Shown here one piece after another: positions 1 to 20,600 of a DNA stretch of 64,000 nt. Source of the DNA: Macrostomum lignano. Its lineage: Eukaryota. The notes beneath the pieces are model-generated. The model was not told the DNA's origin. It was given only the letters and a program-made list of their open reading frames with translations, and searched no databases. The stretch is taken from the NCBI GenBank assembly GCA_002269645.1, contig NIVC01000691.1:1-64000 (forward strand), read 5' to 3'. Position 1 is the first letter of the stretch; each line of letters begins with the position of its first letter. A program made the translations under genes and the position numbers.

Positions 1-1202
1 AGCCTTTCCAGATCCTCAGTTGCTGAGCCAGCCTTCCAGATCCTCAGTTGCTGGACCAGCCTCCCAGATTTCTCAGTTGCTGGGCCACAGCCTCCAGATC
101 CTCAGTTACTGAGCCACAGCCTCCCAGATCCTCAGTTGCTGGCCCAGCCTCCCAGATCCTCAGTTGCTGACCAGCCTCCCAGATCCTCAGTTGCTGAGCC
201 AGCCTCCCAGATCCTCTGTAGCTGGCCAGCCTCCCAGATCCTCAGTTGCTGAGCCAGCCTCCGAGATCCTTCAGTTGCTGTGGCCAGCCTCCCAGATCCT
301 CAGTTGCTGAGCCACCCCACCAGATCCTCAGTTGCTGGGCAGCCTCCCAGATCCTCAGTTGCTGGGCCAGCCTCCCAGATCCTCAGTTGCTGGGCCAGCC
401 TTCCAGATCCTCAGTTGCTGGGCCAGCCTTCCAGATCCTCAGTTGCTGAGCCAGCCTCCCAGATCCTCAGTTGCTGGGCCAGCCTCCCAGATCCTCAGTT
501 GCTGGGCCAGCCTCCCAGATCCTCAGTTGCTGGGCCAGCCTCCCAGATCCTCAGTTGCTGAGCCAGCCTCCGAGATCCTCAGTTGCTGGCCAGCCTCCCA
601 GATCCTCAGTTGCTGACCAAGCCTCCAGATCCTCAGTTGCTGGACCAGCCTCCCAGATCCTCAGTTGCTGGACCAGCCTCCCAGATCCTCAGTTGCTGAG
701 CCAGCCTCCCAGATCCTCAGTTGCTGAGCCAGCCTCCCAGATCCTCAGTTGCTGGGCCAGCCTCCCAGATCCTCAGTTGCTGGGCCAGCCTCCCAGATCC
801 TCAGTTGCTGGGCCAGCCTCCCAGATCCTCAGTTGCTGGCCAGCCTCCCAGATCCTCAGTTGCTGAGCCAGCCTCCCAGATCCTCAGTTGCTGGAGCCAG
901 CCTCCCAGATCCTCAGTTGCTGAGCCAGCCTCCCAGATCCTCAGTTGCTGGCCAGCCTCCCAGATCCTCAGTTGCTGAGCCAGCCTCCCAGATCCTCAGT
1001 TGCTGGGCCAGCCTCCCAGATCCTCAGATGCTGAGGCCAGCCTCCCAGATCCTCAGTTGCTGGGCCAGCCTCCCAGATCCTCAGTTGCTGGGCCAGCCTC
1101 CCAGATCCTCAGTTGCTGGGCCAGCCTCCCAGATCCTCAGTTGCTGGGCCAGCCTCCCAGATCCTCAGTTGCTGGGCCAGCCTCCCAGATCCTCAGTTGC
1201 TG
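1..1202. repeat. Minisatellite, about 28-bp unit, about 43 copies (runs off the window start)
   Basis: Unit CCAGCCTCCCAGATCCTCAGTTGCTGGG, head to tail with no spacers. Confidence 0.95.
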
Positions 1203-1956
1203 TGCCCTCTGTGCAGTCCCAGACCCTCAGACTATTTATAATTACTCAATTTCACACACCTAAAGCACAGTTTTTCAGTTCTCAGCACGTGTGTAAACTT
1301 CGGCAGAGCCAGCAAGGCACACTGAAAGCAACTACTCAAGTAGACTGTTTACGCTCCGAGTGGACTGAAACCCCTTAAAGCTTAAGCAATAAAATTGAGT
1401 AAACAAAATAGCTCTGCTCACATCAGCAGCTCCCGAGACCCAACAGACAGACAATTAGCTCAGGTCAGAAAGCTCCATATTCGAAACTGCGTTCTGTCAT
1501 CAAGATGAAACAAAATGAACTGACAAAACAGAAAGATGTCTGAGTGAGCACACGCAACTAAGATTAAAAAAACTGATTTAAGACAGTATAACAAAGTGTA
1601 TTTTTAAATCAAAAACTACAACCAAGATTAAATGATTAATCATCGAAAATACCCTTATTGTTTTAGGCTGAGATGAACTTTAAACGTTAATAGGCGACGA
1701 AAATTAGAATTTTCTGGTTTAATCTGTTGACTCGTGAATGGGTGCCAAATTTTCTAAGAATATTAAAACAAAATTTACGATATCGGGTAGAAAATAAAAT
1801 TATTATATATGGTCACAACAAAATGGCATTCAAAGTTCGATGTTGGAAAACGTCGACAGAAAAGAATAAACTCAACTTTTTTGTATTCATTTTTCCGAGT
1901 TTTTGTTTTAAATAGCATACATGTAGTTTGTTTAAAAACTGTTCAACTTTTGGCGG

Positions 1957-9471
<7,515 letters not shown>

Positions 9472-10003
9472 CTGAGAAGTCAGTGCTTGGGTAAGTCGGG
9501 TTAGTTATCAACTAAGACTCTGTCTCGAGTTTTTTGCCGCCCTCTCCGGTCGCTGCAGTTGCCTCAACTTTTCCGAGCTCTTGTAGACGTTGCGCCCTGC
9601 TTTCATTGTTCTTTCTGCCAGAGGAGGGCGGTGGGCAGGCGACCTCCCCCTCCAAAGCCCATTTCAATCTTCAATAGATGAATGATGTGTGTGAAAAGGA
9701 GAGCATTTTGGCAAGAGAAGTTTATCGCGAGTACGTATAAAGCACAGCCTTAAAGCCGTAGGAATGCTTCAATGCCTTTACGTAAACGTCTGCAGATTTG
9801 AGTAGGTGGCTGGCTGGCTGGCAGTGGATACGCCCAGTGAAGTTCTAAGTCTAACAAGGACCACTAAAGTAAACCTGGACTGGAATTCATTGAAAACAAA
9901 ATGAGCTACCTTATTACACAAATAAGCTTTCAATTAGAGATTCAATAGAAATGCAAGTATAGATCAGCCGTTACGACTACAAATGGCGTCCCTGAAATAA
10001 AAT

Positions 10004-10235
10004 GGCGCCCCCCATCAAATGAAATAGCGCCCTCCATCAAATGAAATAGCGCCCTCCATCAAATGAAATAGCGCCCTCCATCAAATGAAATAGCGCCCTC
10101 CATCAAATGAAATAGCGCCCTCCATCAAATGAAATGGCGCCCCTATCAAATGAAATGGCACCCCTCTTATGAAATGGCGCCCCTATCAAATGAAATGGCA
10201 ACCCTCTTATGAAATGGCGCCCTTCATCAAATGAA
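10004..10235. repeat. Minisatellite, 22-bp unit
   Basis: AAATGAAATAGCGCCCTCCATC. Confidence 0.9.
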
Positions 10236-10754
10236 TTTCAAAGGCATACGCCTAATACACCTTCAACCTCGTGAGATATAGAGATAGCTTTCCAATCCAA
10301 GTGCTTGCAAACAAGCACGCATTAAGCGGTCCCTGCTAAAGCCTACGCGACTACATGATGAGAAGATGAACCCCACCCTAGAATGCGGTGTACACCTATA
10401 GTAAGGCATGCTATCGGCCGCGTGGCCACGGACGGTCAACGCCCAGCGAAGCTCTCCGCTCAATGGCCAACCCCTCCTCCACTCTCCACTCAAGTCGTCT
10501 TTTCGTGTTTCACTTCGCCGACAGAAATGAAAAAGAAATAATAGACGAAGCTGATGTGGAGGTGGGGACGGGGCTCAATAGCCAGTTGGGCTCAAGTCAG
10601 AGAGACTTTAGTCTAGAATTTTGAGCTACTCACAGAACCAACAACTCTTTACCGAAACCATTGGGGTCGGAAAACTCAAGCCGGCGAAGCCGCGCTGTTG
10701 GGCCCTCGGGTCCTTTCAAACTTTGCAATAATAAAACCCGGTCAGCTCAAAGTC

Positions 10755-11195
10755 TGTCTCTTCTCAGTCTCTCTTCTCTCTCCCCTCTTCTCTCCTCTTT
10801 CCCGTCTTATCTACCCTCACCTCTCTCCTCTCTCCCTTTCTCTATCTTCTCTCCCATCATCTCTACTCTCTCCCCTCATCTCTACTCTCTCCCATCATCT
10901 CTACTCTCTCACCTCATCTCTACTCTCTCCCCTTGTCTCTACTCTCTCCTCTCATCTCTACTCTCTCCCATCATCTCTACTCTCTCCCCTCATCTCTACT
11001 CTCTCCCCTCATCTCTACTCTCTCACCTCATCTCTACTCTCTGCCCTCATCTCTACTCTCCCCTCATCTTTACTCTCTCACCTCATCTCTACTCTCTCCT
11101 CTCATCTCTACTCTCTCCCATCATCTCTACTCTCTCCCCTCATCTCTACTCTCTCCCCTCCTCTCTTTTCTCCCCTCCTCTCTCTTCTCTTCCTT
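10755..11195. repeat. CT-rich minisatellite, about 18-22-bp unit
   Basis: CTCATCTCTACTCTCTCCC variants. Confidence 0.9.
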
Positions 11196-11844
11196 TTCTT
11201 AATCTATTCTATTGTAAAACAATCTGTCACTCTAGAAACTTTTCCATGGGACCTCCTTGACACAGCAGTCTCTCAGCACACTATTGTATTGTATGGGTTT
11301 TTACGATTGTAAAATGCGCAATAAGGAAGAGAAGAAAATGAAAAAATAGTAAAGAGAGAATTTCCAAAAGAATTTCGGTTTGCCTTCGGTTCTTACCGGC
11401 GGCTTTTATTACACTTTATGAAATCTATATTATAAAATACCTGCCAATTAGAAGCAGTGGTCAGTAAGGAGAGAAATGTGCTAGTCATTAGAAATTATAA
11501 ATATATATATATATACGTATAATAATTGCTACGACATCTCAATAAAGCTGATCAAGCGTGCTCAGTCTGAGCCACACCTGGCCTGGCCATTGTTTCACAG
11601 AGATCAGCTGTCATTGTTCCAGTAAGGCACATCATTGATTCCCCTAGCAGTAAGGATCCACGCAATGAAGGGGGGAGGAACCACTTGAGTAGCGGGAGAT
11701 GGCGTGGCACGCATGAGGGTCCCCCCATCACCCAACCCCCCCCCCCGGAGCGACCCCCGCTGCGCCTAGCGGTTCGGAGTTCTGCTGGCGTGGAGTCTTA
11801 AACTACTGAGCAAGGACTACTCGGGAAACAAACGAGTAGTCGTA

Positions 11845-11905
11845 ACGTTTCTTGGACGTTTCTTGGACGTTTCTTGGACGTTTCTTGGACGTTTCTTGGA
11901 CGTTT
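11845..11905. repeat. Short tandem repeat, 11-bp unit
   Basis: GTTTCTTGGAC, about 5 copies. Confidence 0.9.
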
Positions 11906-12794
11906 CTCCTAAACGTTTCTTGGAAACTGCATAGGGAAGGTTTTCTTTTTTTCAGCATAAAAATTGTGATTAGTTTTCTTAGAAATGAGACCGAATTTTT
12001 CCCTTTTGATATGTCGTGTCTTTATTATAGCTCCATTGAGCTGTTCGTTGAGAAAATTTGAATTCTGTGTTAATATTGTAGCCTACGCACAATCGAACAT
12101 GTCCTGTCCTGCGCCTAAAAATCATACGACTATACGGTACAGCTCGACTCATTGATTTTATAAACCTATTCTTATCGTTCTTAGCTTAATGACTGTATAA
12201 CAAAATGATATCTCTCTAAACAGCTCTATGAATATCAATAGAGCTATGAGAGAGGCAAAAACCTATCGAAAAAACATTGCTTTATTTTCTACGAAATAAT
12301 CAAACTTCAATTCGCTTCTAATTTGATTCCGTTTTTTGTTGTGTTTTTTCTCACAATCAAAATTATGAATCAGTTAGTTGGCAACTCAGATTGTCGATTT
12401 AAGAATTCCATATAGATGAAGTTGTGGGCAATGAGGACACGCGACATTAATTATCATTGGACAGCGAACTGCAGGGCTGACTGTCGATCTCTCATCGCCA
12501 CTCAACTGCATGCTCTCTCCTTCCCTATCATAATTCATCTCAATCAATTCTAGCCATCCCCTACCCGCCAAACCCCAGAAATGTTTGTTACCTGGCGCAC
12601 CTGTCAAAACTTCACGGACTCGAGTGGGTTGTGAGGGCCTGGGAACTGCAGGAGGGAAAGGGGAGTTCTAATGAGACTGGGGGAGTCGCGTAAATGTATT
12701 TAAGAAGCCTCAATCAGAGCTGAAGATGTTTGGGTCTGAGACTCTGAGATACAAGACTAGAAGTTACTCCATTGATTGATCATTCACAGCCAGT

Positions 12795-14177
12795 ATGCCA
12801 GGCCTGTTCACCGTGGAGAGTCTGCTTTCGGATGGAACTACTGCTTCCGCTTCTGCTGCTGCTAAGACTACAGAGCAGTCCCTGGCACTGCGGCAGGCAA
12901 ATGCGTGCTTTGGTGGTAAGTTTGCTGACTCTATAATAGAACACTGGCGCTCCTCTATGGACACTCAATATTCTCTGTAGGTGCTGTAGATTCTCTGTAG
13001 GTGCTGTAGATTCTCTGTAGGTGCTGTAGATTCTCTGTAGGTGCTGTAGATTCTCTGTAGGTGCTGTAACTTCTCTGTAGGTGCTGTAACTTCTCTGTAG
13101 GTGCTGTAAATTCTCTGTAGATTCTGTAACTTCTCTATAGATTCTGTAACTTCTCTGTAGATTCTGTAACTTCTCTGTAGATTCTGTAACTTCTCTGTAG
13201 ATTCTGTAAGTTCTCTGTAGATTCTGTAACTTCTCTGTAGATTCTGTAACTTCTCTGTAGATTCTGTAAGTTCTTTGTAGATTCTGTAACTTCTCTGTAG
13301 ATTCTGTAACTTCTCTTTAGTTGCTGTAAGTTCTCTGTACGTGCTATAGACAATATTTTTTTTACTTCTTTATGTTAACACTGTCAAATCTTTATAGACG
13401 CTGAAAAAACTCTGTAGACACACAAGCAAATCTCTATAGACACATGGGCACATCTCTATAGACACACGGGCACATCTCTATAGACACACGGGCACATCTC
13501 TATAGACACCGGTACATCTCTATATATAGACACTGGACAATCTCCGTAGACTCTGGAATATCTTTACAGACACTGGCACATTTCTATAGGCACTAGGAGA
13601 TATCTATAGACACTGGCACATCTTTATAGACACTGCCGCCCCTCTCATCGACTCAGTCAGACAGTTGCGGGACCGAACGACTCACTATAGCTATCTTTTA
13701 CAAACAAAAATATCCCTTATTTACTCAGATCACGGAGGCCACACCAGACTCAGCTCGCAGTCGCAAGAACCGCCAGACCAGCAGCAATATGAGCAGCACC
13801 AGCAGCAGCAAAGGCGGCACCATCACAGGTCTCGCAGCAACTTCACAGCCAGTCAAACCTTAGCCCTAGAAACAGCCTTCAACCAATCGGACTACATCGC
13901 CAAGCCAGACAGAGACCGCTTAGCAATCAGCCTGGGCCTGTCCACCTGTCAGGTGAAAATCTGGTTTCAAAATCGACGTGCCAAGTCTCGACGAAAGCAA
14001 CAGCAGCAGCAACAGCAACAGCAAGAGGGCACCGCTGTAACTCCATACGGTGGTACAGAACCCGGATATGAGACAGATCAGCTCATGACTCATGCTCAGC
14101 AGCAGCAGCAGCAGCAGTTCTCTTACGCGGAGCAACTCAGACTCCTAGCGCTGGCTCTGCAGCAGCAGCAGCAATAG
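12795..14177 (+). CDS. Divergent ANTP-class (NK-like) homeobox protein, 2 exons, 189 aa
   Basis: Exon 1 is 12795-12915 (MPGLFTVESLL..., donor G|GTAAGT); exon 2 is 13729-14177 (acceptor TTTACTCAG|AT). The phase-1 join gives GAT and 570 nt in total. Homeodomain at 13821-14000: HHRSRSNFTASQTLALETAFNQSDYIAKPDRDRLAISLGLSTCQVKIWFQNRRAKSRRKQ (Q50). eh1-like FTVESLL near the N-terminus; poly-Q tracts. Confidence 0.9.
12971..13338. repeat. Minisatellite, 20-bp unit, in the homeobox intron
   Basis: TTCTCTGTAGGTGCTGTAGA grading into TTCTCTGTAGATTCTGTAAC. Confidence 0.93.
13425..13635. repeat. Degenerate minisatellite, about 22-bp unit, in the homeobox intron
   Basis: CTATAGACACACGGGCACATCT variants. 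Confidence 0.8.
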
Positions 14178-14424
14178 CTACCAAATTGTACGCTCAGCCA
14201 ATTAAATTTAACTTAAAATTTCAATCTAATCTGTGGAAGTTGCAGCTGGATAATCCTAATTTAACCATTTTTAACTGCTAATAAACCGATCGCGTAATTC
14301 AAACTATTAATGCCATTTACAGTAGTATTTGAAGTCTCTTGGTTGCGAATTCTTCAATTTATGTAAGTGCATTATGATCTGAGTACGATTTTACCTGGTA
14401 AAGTTCTACACGATCTCTTATCAT

Positions 14425-16230
14425 TTAATTTGGGATATTACAGCTTCTAAATCATGTGAGGTGGGATATTACAGCTTTTAAATCATGTGAGGTGGGATAT
14501 TACAGTTCTAAATCATGTGAGGTGGGAAATTAAAGTTCTAAGTCATGTGAAGTGGGATATTACAGATTCTAAATGATGTGATGTGGGATATTACAGTTCT
14601 AAATCATGTGAGGTGGGATATTATAGATTCTACATCATGTGACTTGGGATATTACAGATTCTACATCATGTGATTTGGGATATAACAGATTCTAAATCAT
14701 GTGATTAGGGGCATTACAGATTCTAAATCATGTAAATTGGGGTATTAAAGTTCTACATCATTTAATTTGGGATATTAAAGATTCTACATCATGTGATTTG
14801 GGATATTACAGATTCTACATCATTTAATTTCGGATATTACAGATTCTACATCATGTGATTTGGGATATTACACATTCTACATCATTTAATTTGGGATATT
14901 ACAGATTCTACATCATGTAATTTGGGATATTAAAGATTCTACATCATGTGATTTGGGATATTACACATTCTACATCATTTAATTTGGGATATTACAGATT
15001 CTACATCATGTGATTTGGGATATTACAGATTCTACATCATGTGATTTGGGATATTACACATTCTACATCATGTGATTTGGGATATTACAGATTCTACATC
15101 ATTTAATTTGGGATATTACAGATTCTACATCATGTGATTTGAGATATTACAGATTCTACATCATGTGATTTGGGATATTACATATTCTACATCATTTAAT
15201 TTGGGATATTACAGATTCTACATCATGTAATTTGGGATATTACAGATTCTACATCATTTAATTTGGGATATTACAGATTCTACATCATGTGATTTGGGAT
15301 ATTACATATTCTACATCATTTAATTTGGGATATTACAGATTCTACATCATGTAATTTGGGATATTAAAGATTCTACATCATGTGATTTGGGATATTACAG
15401 ATTCTACATCATGTAATTTGGGATATTAAAGATTCTACATCATGTGATTTGGGATATTACACATTCTACATCATGTGATTTGGGATATTACAGATTCTAC
15501 ATCATTTAATTTGGGATATTACAGATTCTACATCATGTGATTTGGGATATTACATATTCTACATCATTTAATTTGGGATATTACAGATTCTACATCATGT
15601 GATTTGGGATATTACACATTCTACATCATGTGATTTGGGATATTACAGATTCTACATCATGTGATTTGGGATATTACACATTCTACATCATGTGATTTGG
15701 GATATTACATATTCTACATCATGTGATTTCGGATATTACAGATTCTAGATAATGTAATTTGGGATATTACATATTCTAAATCATGTGATTAGGGGCATTA
15801 CAGATTCTAAATCATGTAAATTGGGGTATTAAAGTTCTACATCATGCAATTTGGGATATTACACATTCTACATCATGTGATTTCGGATATTACATATTCT
15901 ACATAATGTGATTTCGGATATTACAGTTCTAAATCATGTGATTTGGGGCATTACAGATTCTACATCATTTAATTTGGGATATTACAGATTCTACATCATG
16001 TAATTTGGGATATTACACATTCTGCATCGTGTGATTTCGGATATTACATATTCTACATCATGTGATTTGGGATATTACACATTCTGCATCATGTAATTTC
16101 GGATATTACATATTCTACATCATGTGATTTCGGATATTACAGTTCTAAATCATGTGATTTGGGGCATTAGAGTTCTAAATCACGTGATTTGGGGCATTAC
16201 AGATTCTAAATCATGTCATTTGGGATATTA
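14425..16230. repeat. Satellite, 31-bp unit, about 58 copies
   Basis: ATTTGGGATATTACAGATTCTACATCATGTG. Confidence 0.95.
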
Positions 16231-17092
16231 CACTACATCATGCAATGTGGGAGTGGGATATCAGAGTTCTGCAGCATGTGATGTGGGAGACAATTCAGTC
16301 TTAGTTAATGAAATTCTGGACTGGCATACTGTAAAAAGTCTTTGTAGAAGTAAAAAGGCAATTTAAAAGTAAAGCAAATTTTTATCTAGTAATATAAATA
16401 CTACTCACATTGAAAAAGTCAAACTGATTTATGATTTATATATTTGTTTTTTTACTCTAAGAAAACATAGAAAGTTCTCCACGCTCTCAACGCATTTCGT
16501 AGTGAAAAGCAATTTTACAAGATTATGATTATGCCACCTAAAAAACGTAAAAATTCCTGTTTGTTTCAAGCACTTGCAGGATTTTAAATATGTTTTTCTA
16601 ATATATAAATTGTTTAGTCTAGCTAGATCAATAGAGAAGCGATTGAAAACAAAATAAAAAATTGATAACAACAGAAGTGACAGCACAAATGAGTTAAAAA
16701 ATAAAAACATTCTGACAACATGCCAACAGCCTACTTACTTCAGTTGATTTATTAGTAGCAAAGATTGATTTTATTTTCGGAAAAAATGAAAAATCAAAAC
16801 ATGTGAAAGGATTCATTTTTGAAATTAAATTTCATTAAGAAAATCATACTAAAGGTACAGATTAGCTCAGAAGATTTTTTTGAAACGATTAATTCACAAA
16901 TGTCTGTATAATTGGGTGCAGGAACTCAAAGGATGATCTGATTTAAATAAAAATCAATAAAAATCAAACAATATATTGTGTTATAGCAAACGGAAAAATT
17001 AAAAATTAACAAGTAATTTATAGAACATAAAAAGCAAAATTTGCATAGAAAATAGGGTAAGACATTTTAGGGCTCCATGGTACACGGGGACA

Positions 17093-17598
17093 GTGGGTGT
17101 CAGGGAAGCCAGTGGGGTGTCAGGGAAGCCAGTGGGGTGTCAGGGAAGCCAGTGGGGTGTCAGGGAAGCCAGCAGGATGTCAGGGACGCCAGTGGGTGTC
17201 AGGGAAGCCAGTGGGGTGTCAGGGAAGCCAGTGGGGTGTCAGGGAAGCCAGCAGGATGTCAGGGACGCCAGCAGGATGTCAGGGAAGCCAGTGGGATGTC
17301 AGGGAAGCCAGTGAGGTGTCAGGGAAGCCAGTAGGGTGTCAGGGAAGCCAGCAGGATGTCAGGGAAGCCAGTGGGGTGTCAGGGAAGCCAGTGGGGGTGT
17401 CAGGGAAGCCAGTGGGGTGTCAGGGAAGCCAGTGAGGTGTCAGGGAAGCCAGTGGGGTGTCAGGGAAGCCCGTGAGGTGTCAGGGAAGCCAGTAGGGTGT
17501 CAGGGAAGCCAGCAGGATGTCAGGGAAGCCAGTAGGGTGTCAGGGAAGCCAGCATGGTGTCAGTGAAGCCAGCAGGATGTCAGGGAAGCCAGTGAGGT
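17093..17598. repeat. Minisatellite, 20-bp unit, directly 3' of the TRIM-NHL stop codon
   Basis: GGTGTCAGGGAAGCCAGTGG. Confidence 0.95.
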
Positions 17599-17613
17599 GC
17601 GGAATCAAACATT

Positions 17614-20600
17614 CTACACAGCAAAGATCTGCAGCCGATAGTTATAAAAATCGCAGACGTACAGGCAGCCGCTGACTGCATCGAAGCGCAGGCCAAGCGG
17701 GCAGTTCACTTGGCCCGGGGCGCCGCCTTTGGCGTCGGCTCCGGCAGTCAACTCTCTGCGGATTGGGGGCCGCACAATGACTGCTGGAAATCGAATGTCT
17801 CACATTGTCACACAATGGGCGAGAGGCATTACTGCCCATTCCACCGACTCCCCTGAGCAGGCACACAAGCGCGCGGATACGTACGCAGTCATACGCACAG
17901 GCACACACACAGGAGTGCACAGCGGCCCTGACTTTATTCATCGTTAGACATGTACACTTCACTGTGCCTTGGGGTTGGCCCTCAATTGCACTAGCAGAGC
18001 CAAGCCGAGATTCCAATTCAGCCCCAAATTAATGTGACTGCACTTGGAATCGAGCCTGGGCCGCAGGAACTCTGACGTTAAGCTTGGCGCCAACTCTGAC
18101 GTTATTCTTGGCGCCAACTCTGATGCATATACTTTGATAATGCTGTAACATTTAGAGGTCACACGTGGATGCCTCACCTGGGCGGTCCCTCGGCGTCGTC
18201 AGCCTCGGAGTCGACGTCCACTCCGATCACCGAATGCCGTCGAGACCGCGAAGCGAACAGCTGCCGGGCTGACCGACGCTGCTGAGCGAAAGCCGCCTGG
18301 TTCCGGCGCCTGCTAGCAGAGCTCAGAATGCCCACCTCGATAAACGAAGCGTCCTGACAGGCGAAGCTGCCGAGGTGCTGGCAGGACTGCGGGCCGCTGA
18401 ACAGGTGCACCAGGCCTTCGGCGCAGTCGGAGACGGCGAAGCCACCGTCGGGCCAAGCGGCCACCGCGTCGGCGCTTTTGAATGGTCGACGAATTGTCGC
18501 TCTGGTTGCCATGGTAACAGCGTCGAGCAGGTGCACGGCGCCCGGACTGGCTACGTAGATTGTCGCGCCTGAGCTGCCGAGCCCGCGCGGCTGCCAGATG
18601 CTCGCGCTGGCGGAACAGTCGCCGAGTTCGCTGTTGGAGCTGGCGCTGTCAGAAGGCGGCAGCCAAAGTCGGACAGAGCCGGACACAGCGTCGGCTAGTA
18701 CGAGGGCGCCGCGATAGGGGCACTCGCATAGACGAGAGGCCTAGCAAGGAGGTTAGGCCGTTTGTTATTGACTCACTGAAGGGGCCTGTAATTTACCCGC
18801 TGAAAGCGTTACCGTGACAAGAATCGCTTAAACTATTAAACTATTAGACAACGGCTACTCAAAAATAGCATGCAAAGTATGCAAAGCGAATCTGTGGTCC
18901 AATCAGTTCGACGGGTTCAACTCACCTTAACCCCAGGCAGAGCCAATCTAGCCAATTGTCTGCCGGCACCATCTAGAAAGTGCAACTCGCCAGAATCGCT
19001 GATGCAGGCCAGCACAGGCCGCGGCATGATCTGCCAACTATCGACTGCTTCATTGTGATTTACAGCAGCGATAGTACTGGCGGAGGCGACAGCTACGTCA
19101 GACACCGCCGTGGAAGAAGTTGGAGCTTCAGAACCGGCTGCAATGCCCAATACCGGATGACACCACAGCGGAGCGGGAAGGTGAGAAGCGATTGCCAAGT
19201 CTACGGGACGAAAGTCGCAAGGCAGAGCTCGAGGAGTTGACGTTGTAGCCGGAGGCAGCGGCACCTCGGCAGCAGAAGCTGGCTGAGAATTAACAGCATT
19301 AACGTTCAGCAACGAGTGCGGCTGCGAGTTTGGCGGCGTATCGACCAGCATTTCAGCAAGCGACGCCGGCGGAGTAAAGTCCAGCTCTTCACCGATGTTA
19401 GTCATTTCCACAGCTGTGGCAGCTTTCAATTGGCCTTCAAGGACATTCAGAGCGTCCAAATTGATGTCAAGTGAAGTTGGCAGTTTTGGCCGCTGACTTT
19501 CAAGCTTTGAAGCGATCAGCAGTTGCCTCAGCGAGTCCCGTTGCCCCTTTGCTGTCCGCAGATCTTCCTGTTCTGTAGCTTCCATCAGATGTCGACAAGC
19601 CAGCGACAGCTCAGCCAGCCGACTGGCAGAAAACTGACTTTGTCGCTGCAGTCTTTTAGCTAAGCTGACGGCTTGATTAGCTATCAACTGACGACGTTCG
19701 GCAATGATGTCGCTTAGTCGAGCAAGAGTGGCATCTGCCATTGAAGCCTGATTCTTCAGCGAGTCTAACTCTAGTTTTAAGCTATTCGAACTTCTCTCTT
19801 GGGCTTGTTTTCCGGCTCGAATCAAAGCATCCGCTTCATCTAGAACAGTTTTACAATCGGATAGCAGGCTATTAGAATGGGAGTTGAGATGGCGCAGGCA
19901 CAGCGCACCGGAGCAACAGTCGCAGAATGCTACAGGCTTGTTGGAGCATTCGGCACAACTGTGCACCCGAGCTGGACTTTTACCGCCTCCACTGGCCTCT
20001 CGCAGCTGGTCCAAGTAGAAATTCTTAGGCAAACTGGCTGGATCAGCGATGTAGTGCCTTCGACGGCACATGGGACAAGTGAGACTATTATTGTAGTCCG
20101 CTTTTAGGCCCTTAATACAGCTGGCACAGAAAGTGTGCAAGCATGGCAGAGCTCTGGGATCTGTGTACTCGGACAGGCAGATGCCACACTGAAATGCCTG
20201 ATCAACAGCTTGTTGATCCTGGCTTAACTGAGACCCAAGAATTGACTTCTGCAGCTGCTGCTGCTGCCAAGATGATAACCTGGCAGAGTCCTGAAAGAGT
20301 TAGTAATGTTAATTTATCGATAGTTGAGTTGTGAAATATGAAAAGGCAGAGTGTCTACTTAAATGATTAAAGTTAAATAAACAAAACTGAGCGTGGGGAG
20401 GGGGCAGGCATAATCTAGCTTAGCCAATAGGAGAGCAGTAAGGAGAAAGGTTAATGTTAGATGAACGAAACTCACTCTAGGGGGCAGGCATAATCTAGCT
20501 TAGCCAATAGGAGAGCAGTAAGGAGAGAGGTTAATGTTAGATGAATGAAACTCACTCTAAGGGGGCAGGCATAATCTAGCTTAGCCAATAGGAGAGCAGT

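Noticed and set aside
1-1202. 28-bp repeats that could suggest a CRISPR array, and the overlapping ORFs (e.g. 749-1378)
   Set aside because: Units are head to tail with no unique spacers, there are no cas genes and the DNA is eukaryotic. The ORFs are translations of the repeat.
9520-9620. Open stretch upstream of the first filamin exon (KNNESRAQRLQELGKVEA...) as a candidate extra exon
   Set aside because: No convincing donor in the required phase and no filamin or CH motif.
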